A stretch of 64,000 nt of DNA from Bacteroidales bacterium UBA1402 (GTDB taxonomy: Bacteria; Bacteroidota; Bacteroidia; Bacteroidales; UBA1402): NCBI GenBank assembly GCA_002305085.1, contig DBQE01000006.1:76139-140138 (forward strand), in the 5' to 3' direction. Each line of letters opens with the position of its first letter. Position 1 is the first letter of the stretch. The position numbers and the translations under genes are program-made. Below the pieces are notes generated by a model that made no database searches, was not told the origin of the DNA, and saw nothing but the letters and a program-made list of their open reading frames with translations. Positions 56,187-64,000 of the stretch are shown here, piece after piece.

Positions 56187-58979
56187 AACAAAGCGACGGT
56201 AAACCTCTTCGGGAAATTCCTCCTTCAGCAGTTCCAGATTGGATTCCGAAAAGATCAGGATTTTAAGCCCGGGGTATTTTTCCTGAGGGTCTTCGCCTTG
56301 AAAGCTTAAAGTCGATATATAGCGGTAGATGTCTTCCTGATTTTCGAAACTGCGCACCATCAGGACATCCTGAGTACCGATTTTTTCTAGGCTCAACTCA
56401 TAATCCCTGATCAGAAAATTGGTGAAATTGTAAAGCGCCACATCAAAAAGCAGGCGGTTTTCGTTGATGGAATCGGGAGAGTAACCCAAGGCCAGTATAT
56501 GGGGCTCTTCGGGCCGGTAGCTGAACTTGGTGGCCAGCGAATCCAGACGGGCCATAGCCAGCGAATCTTCGATAGTCATGCCCGAATCCAAAAAGAAGCC
56601 TTTGAAACTCACCGGCCGGCGGCCTTCTTCCCAATAGCCTATCATTTGTTGACTTACGGGCCCCAAGGGAGTGTTGGGGTATTCCGAGGCTATCAGCCGG
56701 ATTAAACGTAAAAATTCTTCGGCGTCTCCTGCTTTAACGGCCTCCAGAGCGCTCAAGAACCAAAAATGGGGTCGGAGTTCGCTTTTGGGGTAATTCGTTT
56801 CCACGTAGGCACAATTGAGCTTAACGCTGTCGGAAGCATCGTTCAGGTAATGCTGGTAGGTGCTTGCGTACAAGGAATCCTGCATGCGGTACATTTCTTT
56901 GAGTTTATCCAAAAAATGGGGATTTTCGAGCAGGCCGGCTTGCTGAGTTTGAGGGAATCTGCTCAACAAGCTGCTTCTCAGGCTGTCGGCTTGCTGTTCG
57001 TTCCCGCTCTGCATCTGCATCAGGTAAGAGATGTAATAAATCTCGGGCAGATAAGTGGTGTCTTCGGGGAAACGTTTTTCAAAATCTTGGAAAGTTCTCA
57101 ATGCCAGATCGTTGTTGCCCATTTGTTCTCTGAAAATCATGCCCGACATAAAACTGGCTTCGGCTATCAGTTCCATCGATGCCTGTAGTTGTTCCCGGGT
57201 AAAGGGCAGGTTTTTCAGGTAATAGCCTTCCCGGGTGGGATCGTCGGAAGCCTCAAATTCCGGCCCGGTTCTTTCGTCTTCGGTGCTGGCGGCTTCCGTG
57301 TCGGAAAGCAGACCTTCGCCTCTCAGAGCATCACCCGGCAGACTGTCGGTGGCGGCCCCGGGCAAAGTGGTTTCGTCGGCGATTCCGGCAAAAGCATTTT
57401 GGCTGAAAAAGTCGCCCTTGTTGCTTATACGCCAATTGTCTTCGAGTCTGCGTCTGCCCCAGTTGCGTTGAAATTCCCGCCGCCCGGTCTCCAGAGTGGC
57501 TGGATTGTAAAAGTACCAACTGTCGTCGGTGTTTTGCATGCCGGGCAAGACGGTGGGGGCTGTTTCTTCTTCACGCACATTGGCCTGGGTCAGCTCCCGG
57601 TTGGCACTCAGAGCGTCTTCCTGACCGCGAAGCCTGGCCTCCTGGCGGGCTGCCTTTTTGGCCTGGGTAATCCGTTCTTCTATCAGTTTATCGCGTTCCT
57701 CATCGGGTAGGTCGGCCACCCATTGCAGGCTGTCCTGCAGATGTATGGTTTCCAGGTGGGGCTGAAGCAGATCCAGCACCCGGGCTCTTTCTTCGACCAG
57801 TTCCGTCTCTTTGTGCTCCTTTCCGATCAGGCCTTTGGCTTGCTGATAACAGGGAGCTGCCTCGAGAAAGAGTTCGTTACGATAATAATAATCGCCCAAA
57901 GTCATCAGGGCCTGGACTTTGTAGGGCCCGTTGGAAACGCTTTGCGCAATGGCAAGGTTGTAGCTGTCGATGGCTTTCAGCGTATCGTTCTCCGAAAAGT
58001 ACAGGTTGCCCATGGCGTAATAGATGGCATCCAGATAGTTTTGGTTGTTGGGATTGCGGCTGAGCCTTTTTAATTTTTTCAGAGCCGATCGGCTGTTGCC
58101 TTGCGGATAGACCTCCGTTTGCCTTATTCTGGCATTCAGGGCCATTTCGTAAGGCGGATTTTTGCGCGGCACTGCTTTGAAGAGTTCATAAGCTTTGGCC
58201 GGAGAGCCTGTTTCCTGATGCATTTGGGCCAGCAAAAAAAGATAGCGTTGCTTTTCCTGTTTTTTGCGGGTGTTCTTTAGGGCAATTTCCAAATAGGGCA
58301 AGGCCTGGGCGATTCTTTCCTGCCTCAGTAGAAAATCGGCGTAAGAAGTGGCATACAAGGCGTTGAGCGTGGGATCGAAACCCTGATCGTTGAGTGCGTA
58401 AAAAATATTTTCCGCATCGTAATACCATTCCTGTTCGTAATACGATCTGGCCAGCCAGATTTTGGCTTCGTCGCAGAGCGGTTTATCGGTGGAAAAATGC
58501 CGGATGATATAGGAACAGGTAGAACCCGCCGACAAGTAATCGGCTTTGTAAAACTGGGCCTTGGCCATCAGTAAAAATACCCGCCCCATGACAGGGTTGA
58601 ATTCTTCCTGACTGTAAAAAAGCTTTTCTTTCTCGCTTGCGTTGCGTTCCGGTTGTTTTTCGGGCTTTACGCGTATGGAATGGGTTTTGATGGCCTTTTC
58701 ACATTTTTCTATGCAGCGATTCATATTGCCTGTCGCCCGTGAAGCCGATTGCTCGTTGTAAGGAAACACAGGCAGCAGCGAGGAATAATCCTCTTTGTGA
58801 CCGAGCTCCATTTGTTTCAGCCCCGCCTCGTAACTTTCCCGCCCATTGAATTTGATGTTGTAATGAGTGGTCAGGGCGTGGTAATTCCGGGCCATCCAGG
58901 TGTTTTTCTGGGTGGAACAAGAAGAGACTGCCACCAGCAGCAGGCTTAGCAAAAGGATATGTGAAAATTGTGCTTTCAA
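56169..58979 (-). CDS. porW: TPR lipoprotein, PorW/SprE-like T9SS component
   Basis: Lipobox VSSC then STQKNTW..RNYHALTTHYNIKFNG. TPR repeats. WYFYNP...WGRRRLEDNWR and LFDVALYNFTNF. Confidence 0.8.
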   Translation of the reverse strand: MKAQFSHILLLSLLLVAVSSCSTQKNTWMARNYHALTTHYNIKFNGRESYEAGLKQMELGHKEDYSSLLPVFPYNEQSASRATGNMNRCIEKCEKAIKTHSIRVKPEKQPERNASEKEKLFYSQEEFNPVMGRVFLLMAKAQFYKADYLSAGSTCSYIIRHFSTDKPLCDEAKIWLARSYYEQEWYYDAENIFYALNDQGFDPTLNALYATSYADFLLRQERIAQALPYLEIALKNTRKKQEKQRYLFLLAQMHQETGSPAKAYELFKAVPRKNPPYEMALNARIRQTEVYPQGNSRSALKKLKRLSRNPNNQNYLDAIYYAMGNLYFSENDTLKAIDSYNLAIAQSVSNGPYKVQALMTLGDYYYRNELFLEAAPCYQQAKGLIGKEHKETELVEERARVLDLLQPHLETIHLQDSLQWVADLPDEERDKLIEERITQAKKAARQEARLRGQEDALSANRELTQANVREEETAPTVLPGMQNTDDSWYFYNPATLETGRREFQRNWGRRRLEDNWRISNKGDFFSQNAFAGIADETTLPGAATDSLPGDALRGEGLLSDTEAASTEDERTGPEFEASDDPTREGYYLKNLPFTREQLQASMELIAEASFMSGMIFREQMGNNDLALRTFQDFEKRFPEDTTYLPEIYYISYLMQMQSGNEQQADSLRSSLLSRFPQTQQAGLLENPHFLDKLKEMYRMQDSLYASTYQHYLNDASDSVKLNCAYVETNYPKSELRPHFWFLSALEAVKAGDAEEFLRLIRLIASEYPNTPLGPVSQQMIGYWEEGRRPVSFKGFFLDSGMTIEDSLAMARLDSLATKFSYRPEEPHILALGYSPDSINENRLLFDVALYNFTNFLIRDYELSLEKIGTQDVLMVRSFENQEDIYRYISTLSFQGEDPQEKYPGLKILIFSESNLELLKEEFPEEVYRRFVETHYP

Positions 58980-59021
58980 TACTCAAGAACCGATCGTTTA
59001 TTAAACAGCTTTTTGCCGGTT

Positions 59022-59465
59022 TTATTGTATGTTTTGTCTTCTTTCGCTTACGATCATCAGGGCCTCGTCTCTCAACTGCAAAGGCAGGTTTATTTCTCTC
59101 AACTGCAGGCTGCGCAACCAACCGGCCATATCGCTTTCGAGCAAGCTGTAAAATACTTCTTCGAAGTCTTTGATCTCTGCTCCGGTATAGGCATCTGCCG
59201 CTTTACCCTTGTAAGCATCCAGCTCATCGTCGTCGTAATAGACAATTTCTTCGCCCTGGTACATCAGGCTGTCTTTTTCGCACACGAGATGTTGTCCGCA
59301 GCAGACGTCGTCGTCCGTTTCCGGGTCTGTTTCCACGTCTTGTTCCGACGGGTCTGTTACGTCTGCGGGCGACTGAGCTTTGCCGGTGAAATATTTACTC
59401 AGCAGCCAACTGAATAAACCCAGAAGCACCAGAGCGGTAAATAATATCCAGATAAACGTTGTCAT
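59022..59465 (-). CDS. Conserved membrane-anchored protein with CCGxHxxC motif
   Basis: N-terminal TM helix MTTFIWILF..., then CCGQHLVCEKDS, YYDDDELD and WLRSLQLREINLP. ATGA overlap with the aroA stop. The ORF track's 59882 start is an overextension. Confidence 0.8.
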   Translation of the reverse strand: MTTFIWILFTALVLLGLFSWLLSKYFTGKAQSPADVTDPSEQDVETDPETDDDVCCGQHLVCEKDSLMYQGEEIVYYDDDELDAYKGKAADAYTGAEIKDFEEVFYSLLESDMAGWLRSLQLREINLPLQLRDEALMIVSERRQNIQ

Positions 59466-60898
59466 TTGTATTCTATAGTAAAACCACAGCTTTTGAGATC
59501 TTCCCAAAATCCGGGGTAAGATTTGGCGACCACGGCCGGATCTTCTATTTCGAAATGTTTTATTTCGCTTTGGTTTTTCATTCGAAGTGCCACGGGAGCA
59601 AACGACATGGCCATACGGTGGTCTTGGTAGGTGGCTATGCTGACGAGGCTCTGTGCGGGCTGTTTTTTGCCCTGCCATTCCAGCGTATTGGGGCTGCTCT
59701 CTTCGAGTATAAAGCCCAGTTTCAGCATTTCCCGAATCAGAGCCTGCAAGCGGTCGGTCTCTTTTATTTTCAGGCTTTCCAGTCCGCCGATGCGAAAAGG
59801 AATTCCCCTTAAGGCGGCCGTTACTACAAAAGTTTGAGCCAGATCGGGTTGTTGGCTGAAGTCTGCTTCGAAGAAGGAGCATTGCTGCTTGGTCTTACTC
59901 AGGAGTAGGGCTCGTTTGCTCGGTTTTCCTGCCTGCGGGCTGCCGGCGATTTTGCTGCTAACTGACTCCGGCAGGGCTTCTCCGGCAATTGACTTCGGCA
60001 GGGCTTTTCCGGCAATTGACTCCGTCACGACTTTTCCGGCAATTAATTCCGGCACGACTTCCGCGGGCGCAGAGGTCTTTTTCCCGGCGGGAAGTTCGAT
60101 AAACTCGGCCTGAACTCCAAAGTCCCGGAACCATTCCATCACCTTGGAGTCGCCCTGCAGGCTGTCGGCTTGCAGGCCGTGCAGCAGGACTTGCCCCGAT
60201 CGGGCCAGGCTCAGCACTTCGAACCAATACGAAGCGGCCGACCAGTCGGCTTCCACCCGAAACTCTTCGGGAGCGGTGTAAGCACCCGCTGCGATGCGAA
60301 TAAGATTGCCTTCGAAACTCAGTTGGGCCCCAAAGGCCTGCATCAGACCGAGTGTCATACGGATATAGGGAGCTGAGGCGATTTTATTGAGCAACTCTAT
60401 TTCGAGGCCGCCGTCGACGTAAGGCCCGATCAGCATCAAAGCCGTGATGTACTGGCTGCTGATGCTTCCGTCGATGGACAGGTGTCCGCCGCTGAGCCGT
60501 TTGCCCTTGATCAGCAGGGGAGGGTAGCCCGGATTTTCCGTATAGGTGATGTCCGCTCCCAGTTGACGGAGAGCATCCACCAGTAAACCTATGGGGCGTT
60601 GTTTCATTCTTTCGGTTCCCGTAAGCGTCCATTCTCCGGGAGTTTGTGCGTAATAGGCTGTCAAAAAGCGCATAACGGTACCTGCCGCTCCCGCGTCCTT
60701 GACGGCTTCGGGGCTTTGCAGAGCGTTCAACATCAGGAGGCTGTCTTCGCAGTCGGCAAAATCGGTTCTCAGGCTTTGTTTGCCGGCCAGGGCATAGAGC
60801 ACCAGGGCCCTGTTGCTGATGCTTTTGGAAGCGGGCAAGGCAATTTCTCCCTGTACACGATCGGGAGCTGTGAGCCGGCAGACGGAATAAGCGGACAT
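59462..60898 (-). CDS. aroA: 3-phosphoshikimate 1-carboxyvinyltransferase (EPSP synthase) with an internal repeat insertion
   Basis: PASKSISNR, GTVMRF, RPI, SSQY, DWSAASY, KETDR, DHRMAM and KSYPGFW. ATG 60898 lies downstream of the -7 box TACCTTTG (minus strand, 60924-60931). Confidence 0.96.
   Translation of the reverse strand: MSAYSVCRLTAPDRVQGEIALPASKSISNRALVLYALAGKQSLRTDFADCEDSLLMLNALQSPEAVKDAGAAGTVMRFLTAYYAQTPGEWTLTGTERMKQRPIGLLVDALRQLGADITYTENPGYPPLLIKGKRLSGGHLSIDGSISSQYITALMLIGPYVDGGLEIELLNKIASAPYIRMTLGLMQAFGAQLSFEGNLIRIAAGAYTAPEEFRVEADWSAASYWFEVLSLARSGQVLLHGLQADSLQGDSKVMEWFRDFGVQAEFIELPAGKKTSAPAEVVPELIAGKVVTESIAGKALPKSIAGEALPESVSSKIAGSPQAGKPSKRALLLSKTKQQCSFFEADFSQQPDLAQTFVVTAALRGIPFRIGGLESLKIKETDRLQALIREMLKLGFILEESSPNTLEWQGKKQPAQSLVSIATYQDHRMAMSFAPVALRMKNQSEIKHFEIEDPAVVAKSYPGFWEDLKSCGFTIEYK
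59964..60068 (-). repeat. In-frame 27-bp (9 aa) tandem repeat inside aroA
   Basis: Plus strand: gactccggcagggcttctccggcaatt / gacttcggcagggcttttccggcaatt / gactccgtcacgacttttccggcaatt / aattccggcacgacttccgcgggc. Confidence 0.9.
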
Positions 60899-60972
60899 GA
60901 TGAAGGAACAAAACAATTTGCGGCAAAGGTATAAAAAAGCGATGAATTTCCCGGCGAACCGGATCGGGCTGG

Positions 60973-61140
60973 GCTCAATTGATTTTTCGGAGACGATTAA
61001 CACAAGGCTTTCGTATGCTGACACCGTAAGGCCGGCCTAAGCTCAATTGATTTTTCCCGAGACGATTTATACAAGATTTGGGGATATTGACACCGTATCG
61101 CCGCTTCTGCTCCCTTGAACTTTTTGATACGATTAACAAC
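60973..61140. repeat. 68-bp imperfect direct repeat in the aroA / CE8 divergent intergenic region (2 copies plus a partial third)
   Basis: gctcaattgatttttcggagacgattaacacaag...tgacaccgtaaggccg (60973) and gctcaattgatttttcccgagacgatttatacaag...tgacaccgtatcgccg (61041). Partial third copy tttttgatacgattaaca near 61121. Confidence 0.85.
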
Positions 61141-61208
61141 CGATCTTTCTTGTTTTTTCTAAAAAAGAGTTACTTTCGCCTCTTTATTAGCCTTATTTAC
61201 TAACAGAT

Positions 61209-64000
61209 ATGAAAACAATCAGACCCCTTATTCTGGGCTTCTTGCTGATCTCGGCATCGGCTGCGGCCCAAACCACGGTAACGGCCACCTGGCCTTTTGA
61301 CCGGGGTACAGACAATCCTTCGTCTGCCCAAATCGACAACGATACGGCATTTACATTGAGCAATTTCGTTTTGGGTTCGCACCTGACCTGCACCGGCATA
61401 CAGTCGCCCAATACCGAAAGCGTTTCGTATTCCAAAATTCAGCCCGATGCCCAGATGGGTTCGGCCACCCCGGGCTATGAGCTTAGTTTTATGCTCAAGC
61501 CCTCGAGGGGATTGCAGTTTACACCTACCCGCATTAGTTTCAAGGCTTCGCGCTTTGGTACCGACGGAGGTTTTTTGGTGTTGACCAGGGCCACCGGCGA
61601 AGGGGCAGAAGAAACGATAGCCCAGGATTTAAAACCCAATCGCAACAACGTAGACCCCTTCTTTTCGGTGTACGATTATGCCTTGGAAGGTCTGCCGGCT
61701 TCGGAGGACGCTTTTGTATTTAAGATTTACATACACAGCCTGGGAAACAACAAGCAAATCGGCTTCTATAACATTGCCGTTACAGGCCGGATTACGGGCG
61801 AACTGATCGAAGTGAACAAATATACGCTGAACACAGCCGTTTCTCCTGCCGCAGCCGGCAGCATAACGCTGAGTCCCCAGGGTAATTCCTTCGACGAGGG
61901 TTCCGAAATCACCCTGACCGCCAACAAGGCTTTCGGTTACAAATTCAACCATTGGGAAGACGGCCAGGGTACCGTCCTGTCGCAAGAGAATCCCTATGTG
62001 CATACCATTACGGCCGATACCAACCTGATTGCCGTTTTTGACAAACTCAATACCTACAGCCTGATGCTCGCCGTGGAGGGCGGCGCCAACGATTACATGC
62101 TTTCCGTTTCGCCTGCAGGCACCCTTGTCAACGACACCCTTCGTTACGAAGAAAATACACAGGTGAGCCTCAAAGCTTCGGGAAACAAAATTCTGACCTT
62201 CAACAATTGGAGCTCGGGCGAAACCAACAGCGAATTGCTGCTCGATATGACCCGTAATTACGAACTGACGGCTTACTACAGCGCAGTGGATTTCATTGTG
62301 GGCTGGGATTTTTACCGTCCCGGCAACAGCGGCCGTCCCGCCGATTTTGCTTCCGAAGGCAACAGCACTTCCATCCTGATACTCCGTAACGCCGAAGGTA
62401 ACGCCACCGGCTGGTTAGACAAGTCGCAGCAGGCCGCCGGAGGTTACGAAGGCCGCCCCTCGGCAGTGAACTGGAAAGCTCTGGCGGACAAGTATTATTA
62501 CCAGCTCAGCTTCGACGCCACCAATTTCACGGATATAAAAGTAGCTTCGGCGCTTTTGTTCAATTACAATGCCTATTCCAAAATCAAACTGGAATATTCG
62601 CTCGATAATGAGAATTTCACCACTATAGATACCATTCATATGTTGAGCAACAAGGTATGGTACGACACCGAATTCAGTCTGCCCTCCGATGCCGACCATG
62701 CACCCAAGGTGTATGTGCGCTGGCTGCCCGATTATACTTCGCCTGTGTTGGGCACCACATCCAACAACGACGGCACTTCGATCACCGATATTTATATCAC
62801 GGGAACAGGCCTGATCTACGACGACGGCAAAGCTCCGGTTTTCCTGGGTTCGGTTCCGGCCGACCAATCGACCGGGGCTTCGGCAACCGGGAAAATCGTG
62901 CTCAGTTTTGACGAAAAGATCAAGCTGTCCGATACCTTGTATGCCACTCTCGATGACCAACCTCTGGAAGGCCTGGTCAGCGGAAAAATCCTGAGTTTTG
63001 CTTACAGGGGCCTGGAGTACGCCAGGGAATACACTTTTGTTCTCCCCGCCAATGCGGTATCGGACCTGACGGATAATTTCCTCGATTCGGTGATTACCAT
63101 CCGTTTCACCACTATGGAACGGCCTGTGGTCGCTAAGAAGCTTTTCGATGCCGTGGTGTCCAATACCGGGGAATTGCTGGCGGCACTTGAGGCGGCACAT
63201 GCTTCGCAGACGGGCGAACGTTTCCGCATCCTGCTCAAAAACGGGGAATACGACCTGGGTTCGGGTATCACTACCATCACGGCCCACAAGGTTTCGCTTA
63301 TCGGGCAGAGCCGACAGGGTGTCCTGGTGTACAATACTTCCATCAACGAGGGCATAAGTATTACTTCCACCATTTTCCTGAGTGGGGCCACGGGATTTTA
63401 TGCCCAGGACATTACTTTCCAGAATAAATATCCTTACATGAATACGACGGGCCGGGCGGTGGTGTTGCGCGATACCGGCACGAAGAATATTTTCAAAAAC
63501 ATCAGTCTGCTCAGTTTCCAGGATACCTATTATTCGGGCAATTCCGGCCGGATGTATTTCGAAGATTGCCAGATCAACGGGGTAGTCGACTTTATTTGCG
63601 GCGGCAGCGATATTTTCTTCAACCGTTGTCTGCTCGCTTTGGAAAAACGCAGCGGCAATTGCATTACGGCTCCTTCGGGCAACGGCGATTGGGGCTATGT
63701 CTTTAGCGATTGCACCATCGATGGCGTAGACGACGAAGCCAGGGCGGTGGTGAACGGCACGTATAGTTTGGGGCGTCCCTGGCAGGGAGCTCCGCGGGCT
63801 GTTTACCTCAACACGACCATGAAGGTAGTACCCACGGCTGCCGGTTGGACTAATATGAGCGAAACCGTTTTGCCGGCTTTGTTTGCGGAATTCAATAGTG
63901 TGAACGCCAACGGCGATCCGGTTGATTTGAGTAATCGTATGACCACGTTTACAGCCGGTACGGTGTCGTACAATCCGGTGCTTACTCCCGAGCAGGCGGC
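61209..64000 (+). CDS. Large multidomain secreted CE8 pectin methylesterase (3' truncated by window edge; absent from ORF track)
   Basis: ATG 61209 MKTIRPLILGFLLISASAAAQ. I read the start and the motif-bearing segments and saw no stop. InlB-B-repeat-like segment (ITLTANKAFGYKFNHWED), Ig-like segment (GSVPADQSTGASATGKIVLSFDE), and CE8 motifs RAVVLR, FQDTYY, GVVDFICG and LGRPW. Confidence 0.88.
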   Translation, partial: MKTIRPLILGFLLISASAAAQTTVTATWPFDRGTDNPSSAQIDNDTAFTLSNFVLGSHLTCTGIQSPNTESVSYSKIQPDAQMGSATPGYELSFMLKPSRGLQFTPTRISFKASRFGTDGGFLVLTRATGEGAEETIAQDLKPNRNNVDPFFSVYDYALEGLPASEDAFVFKIYIHSLGNNKQIGFYNIAVTGRITGELIEVNKYTLNTAVSPAAAGSITLSPQGNSFDEGSEITLTANKAFGYKFNHWEDGQGTVLSQENPYVHTITADTNLIAVFDKLNTYSLMLAVEGGANDYMLSVSPAGTLVNDTLRYEENTQVSLKASGNKILTFNNWSSGETNSELLLDMTRNYELTAYYSAVDFIVGWDFYRPGNSGRPADFASEGNSTSILILRNAEGNATGWLDKSQQAAGGYEGRPSAVNWKALADKYYYQLSFDATNFTDIKVASALLFNYNAYSKIKLEYSLDNENFTTIDTIHMLSNKVWYDTEFSLPSDADHAPKVYVRWLPDYTSPVLGTTSNNDGTSITDIYITGTGLIYDDGKAPVFLGSVPADQSTGASATGKIVLSFDEKIKLSDTLYATLDDQPLEGLVSGKILSFAYRGLEYAREYTFVLPANAVSDLTDNFLDSVITIRFTTMERPVVAKKLFDAVVSNTGELLAALEAAHASQTGERFRILLKNGEYDLGSGITTITAHKVSLIGQSRQGVLVYNTSINEGISITSTIFLSGATGFYAQDITFQNKYPYMNTTGRAVVLRDTGTKNIFKNISLLSFQDTYYSGNSGRMYFEDCQINGVVDFICGGSDIFFNRCLLALEKRSGNCITAPSGNGDWGYVFSDCTIDGVDDEARAVVNGTYSLGRPWQGAPRAVYLNTTMKVVPTAAGWTNMSETVLPALFAEFNSVNANGDPVDLSNRMTTFTAGTVSYNPVLTPEQA

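Noticed and set aside
55931-56309. ORFs 55931..56191(-) and 56043..56309(+) as real proteins
   Set aside because: They are translations of the 18-bp repeat array and overlap tsaE or porW.
59466-59882. Long N-terminal extension of ORF 59022..59882
   Set aside because: It overlaps aroA in another frame. The plausible start is ATG 59465 with an ATGA overlap.
60899-61024. 42-aa N-terminal extension of aroA in the ORF track
   Set aside because: It spans the predicted -7 promoter box and the repeat region. AroA similarity starts after ATG 60898.
2205-63391. Many antisense or alternate-frame ORFs (e.g. 2205..2921, 3842..4756, 22907..23788, 36734..37375, 44168..44947, 62415..63287)
   Set aside because: They lie within well-supported genes and show no recognisable motifs. 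They are shadow ORFs.
1-64000. tRNA, rRNA, IS, integrase, prophage or defence genes
   Set aside because: None recognised. The PglZ domain here belongs to PorX, not BREX, and YraN is in its usual housekeeping context.

Overview
Bacteroidales chromosomal window (Bacteroidota-type promoters, SusC/SusD, T9SS genes porX and porW-like) with three blocks. (1) About 1-22.3 kb is a rhamnogalacturonan-II (RG-II)-type pectin degradation locus: DUF6298-like, GH43, GH143-like, GH142-like, GH28, CE19-like, a degenerate GH78, GH33 fused to a TIM barrel, and GH141-like. A LacI-led cytoplasmic cassette sits inside it: DapA-family aldolase, sodium:solute symporter, Fe-ADH, PdxA2 and a DUF1537 kinase. The chemistry of this cassette fits a complete catabolic route for the RG-II sugar Dha (3-deoxy-D-lyxo-2-heptulosaric acid): Dha -> pyruvate + D-threuronate -> D-threonate -> D-threonate-4-P -> DHAP + CO2. 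This is an inference, and I am not aware of it being described. It is the top finding. (2) About 22.8-32.4 kb holds SusC/SusD, a lipoprotein and a multidomain M6 metalloprotease, probably peptide-oriented. (3) About 32.4-61 kb is housekeeping genes (dacB, rsmI, M16 peptidase, hflX, DUF4954, class I fumarase, rsgA, frr, pyrH, biotin ligase, yraN, tadA-like, pssA, psd, dnaE, trxA, porX, tsaE, porW-like, aroA), followed by a large 3'-truncated CE8 pectin methylesterase missing from the ORF track. Short degenerate tandem repeats and 66-68 bp direct duplications occur throughout, several seeded by gene 3' ends. No rRNA, tRNA, transposase, integrase or cas gene was recognised. Family assignments come from motif recognition only, with no database search.
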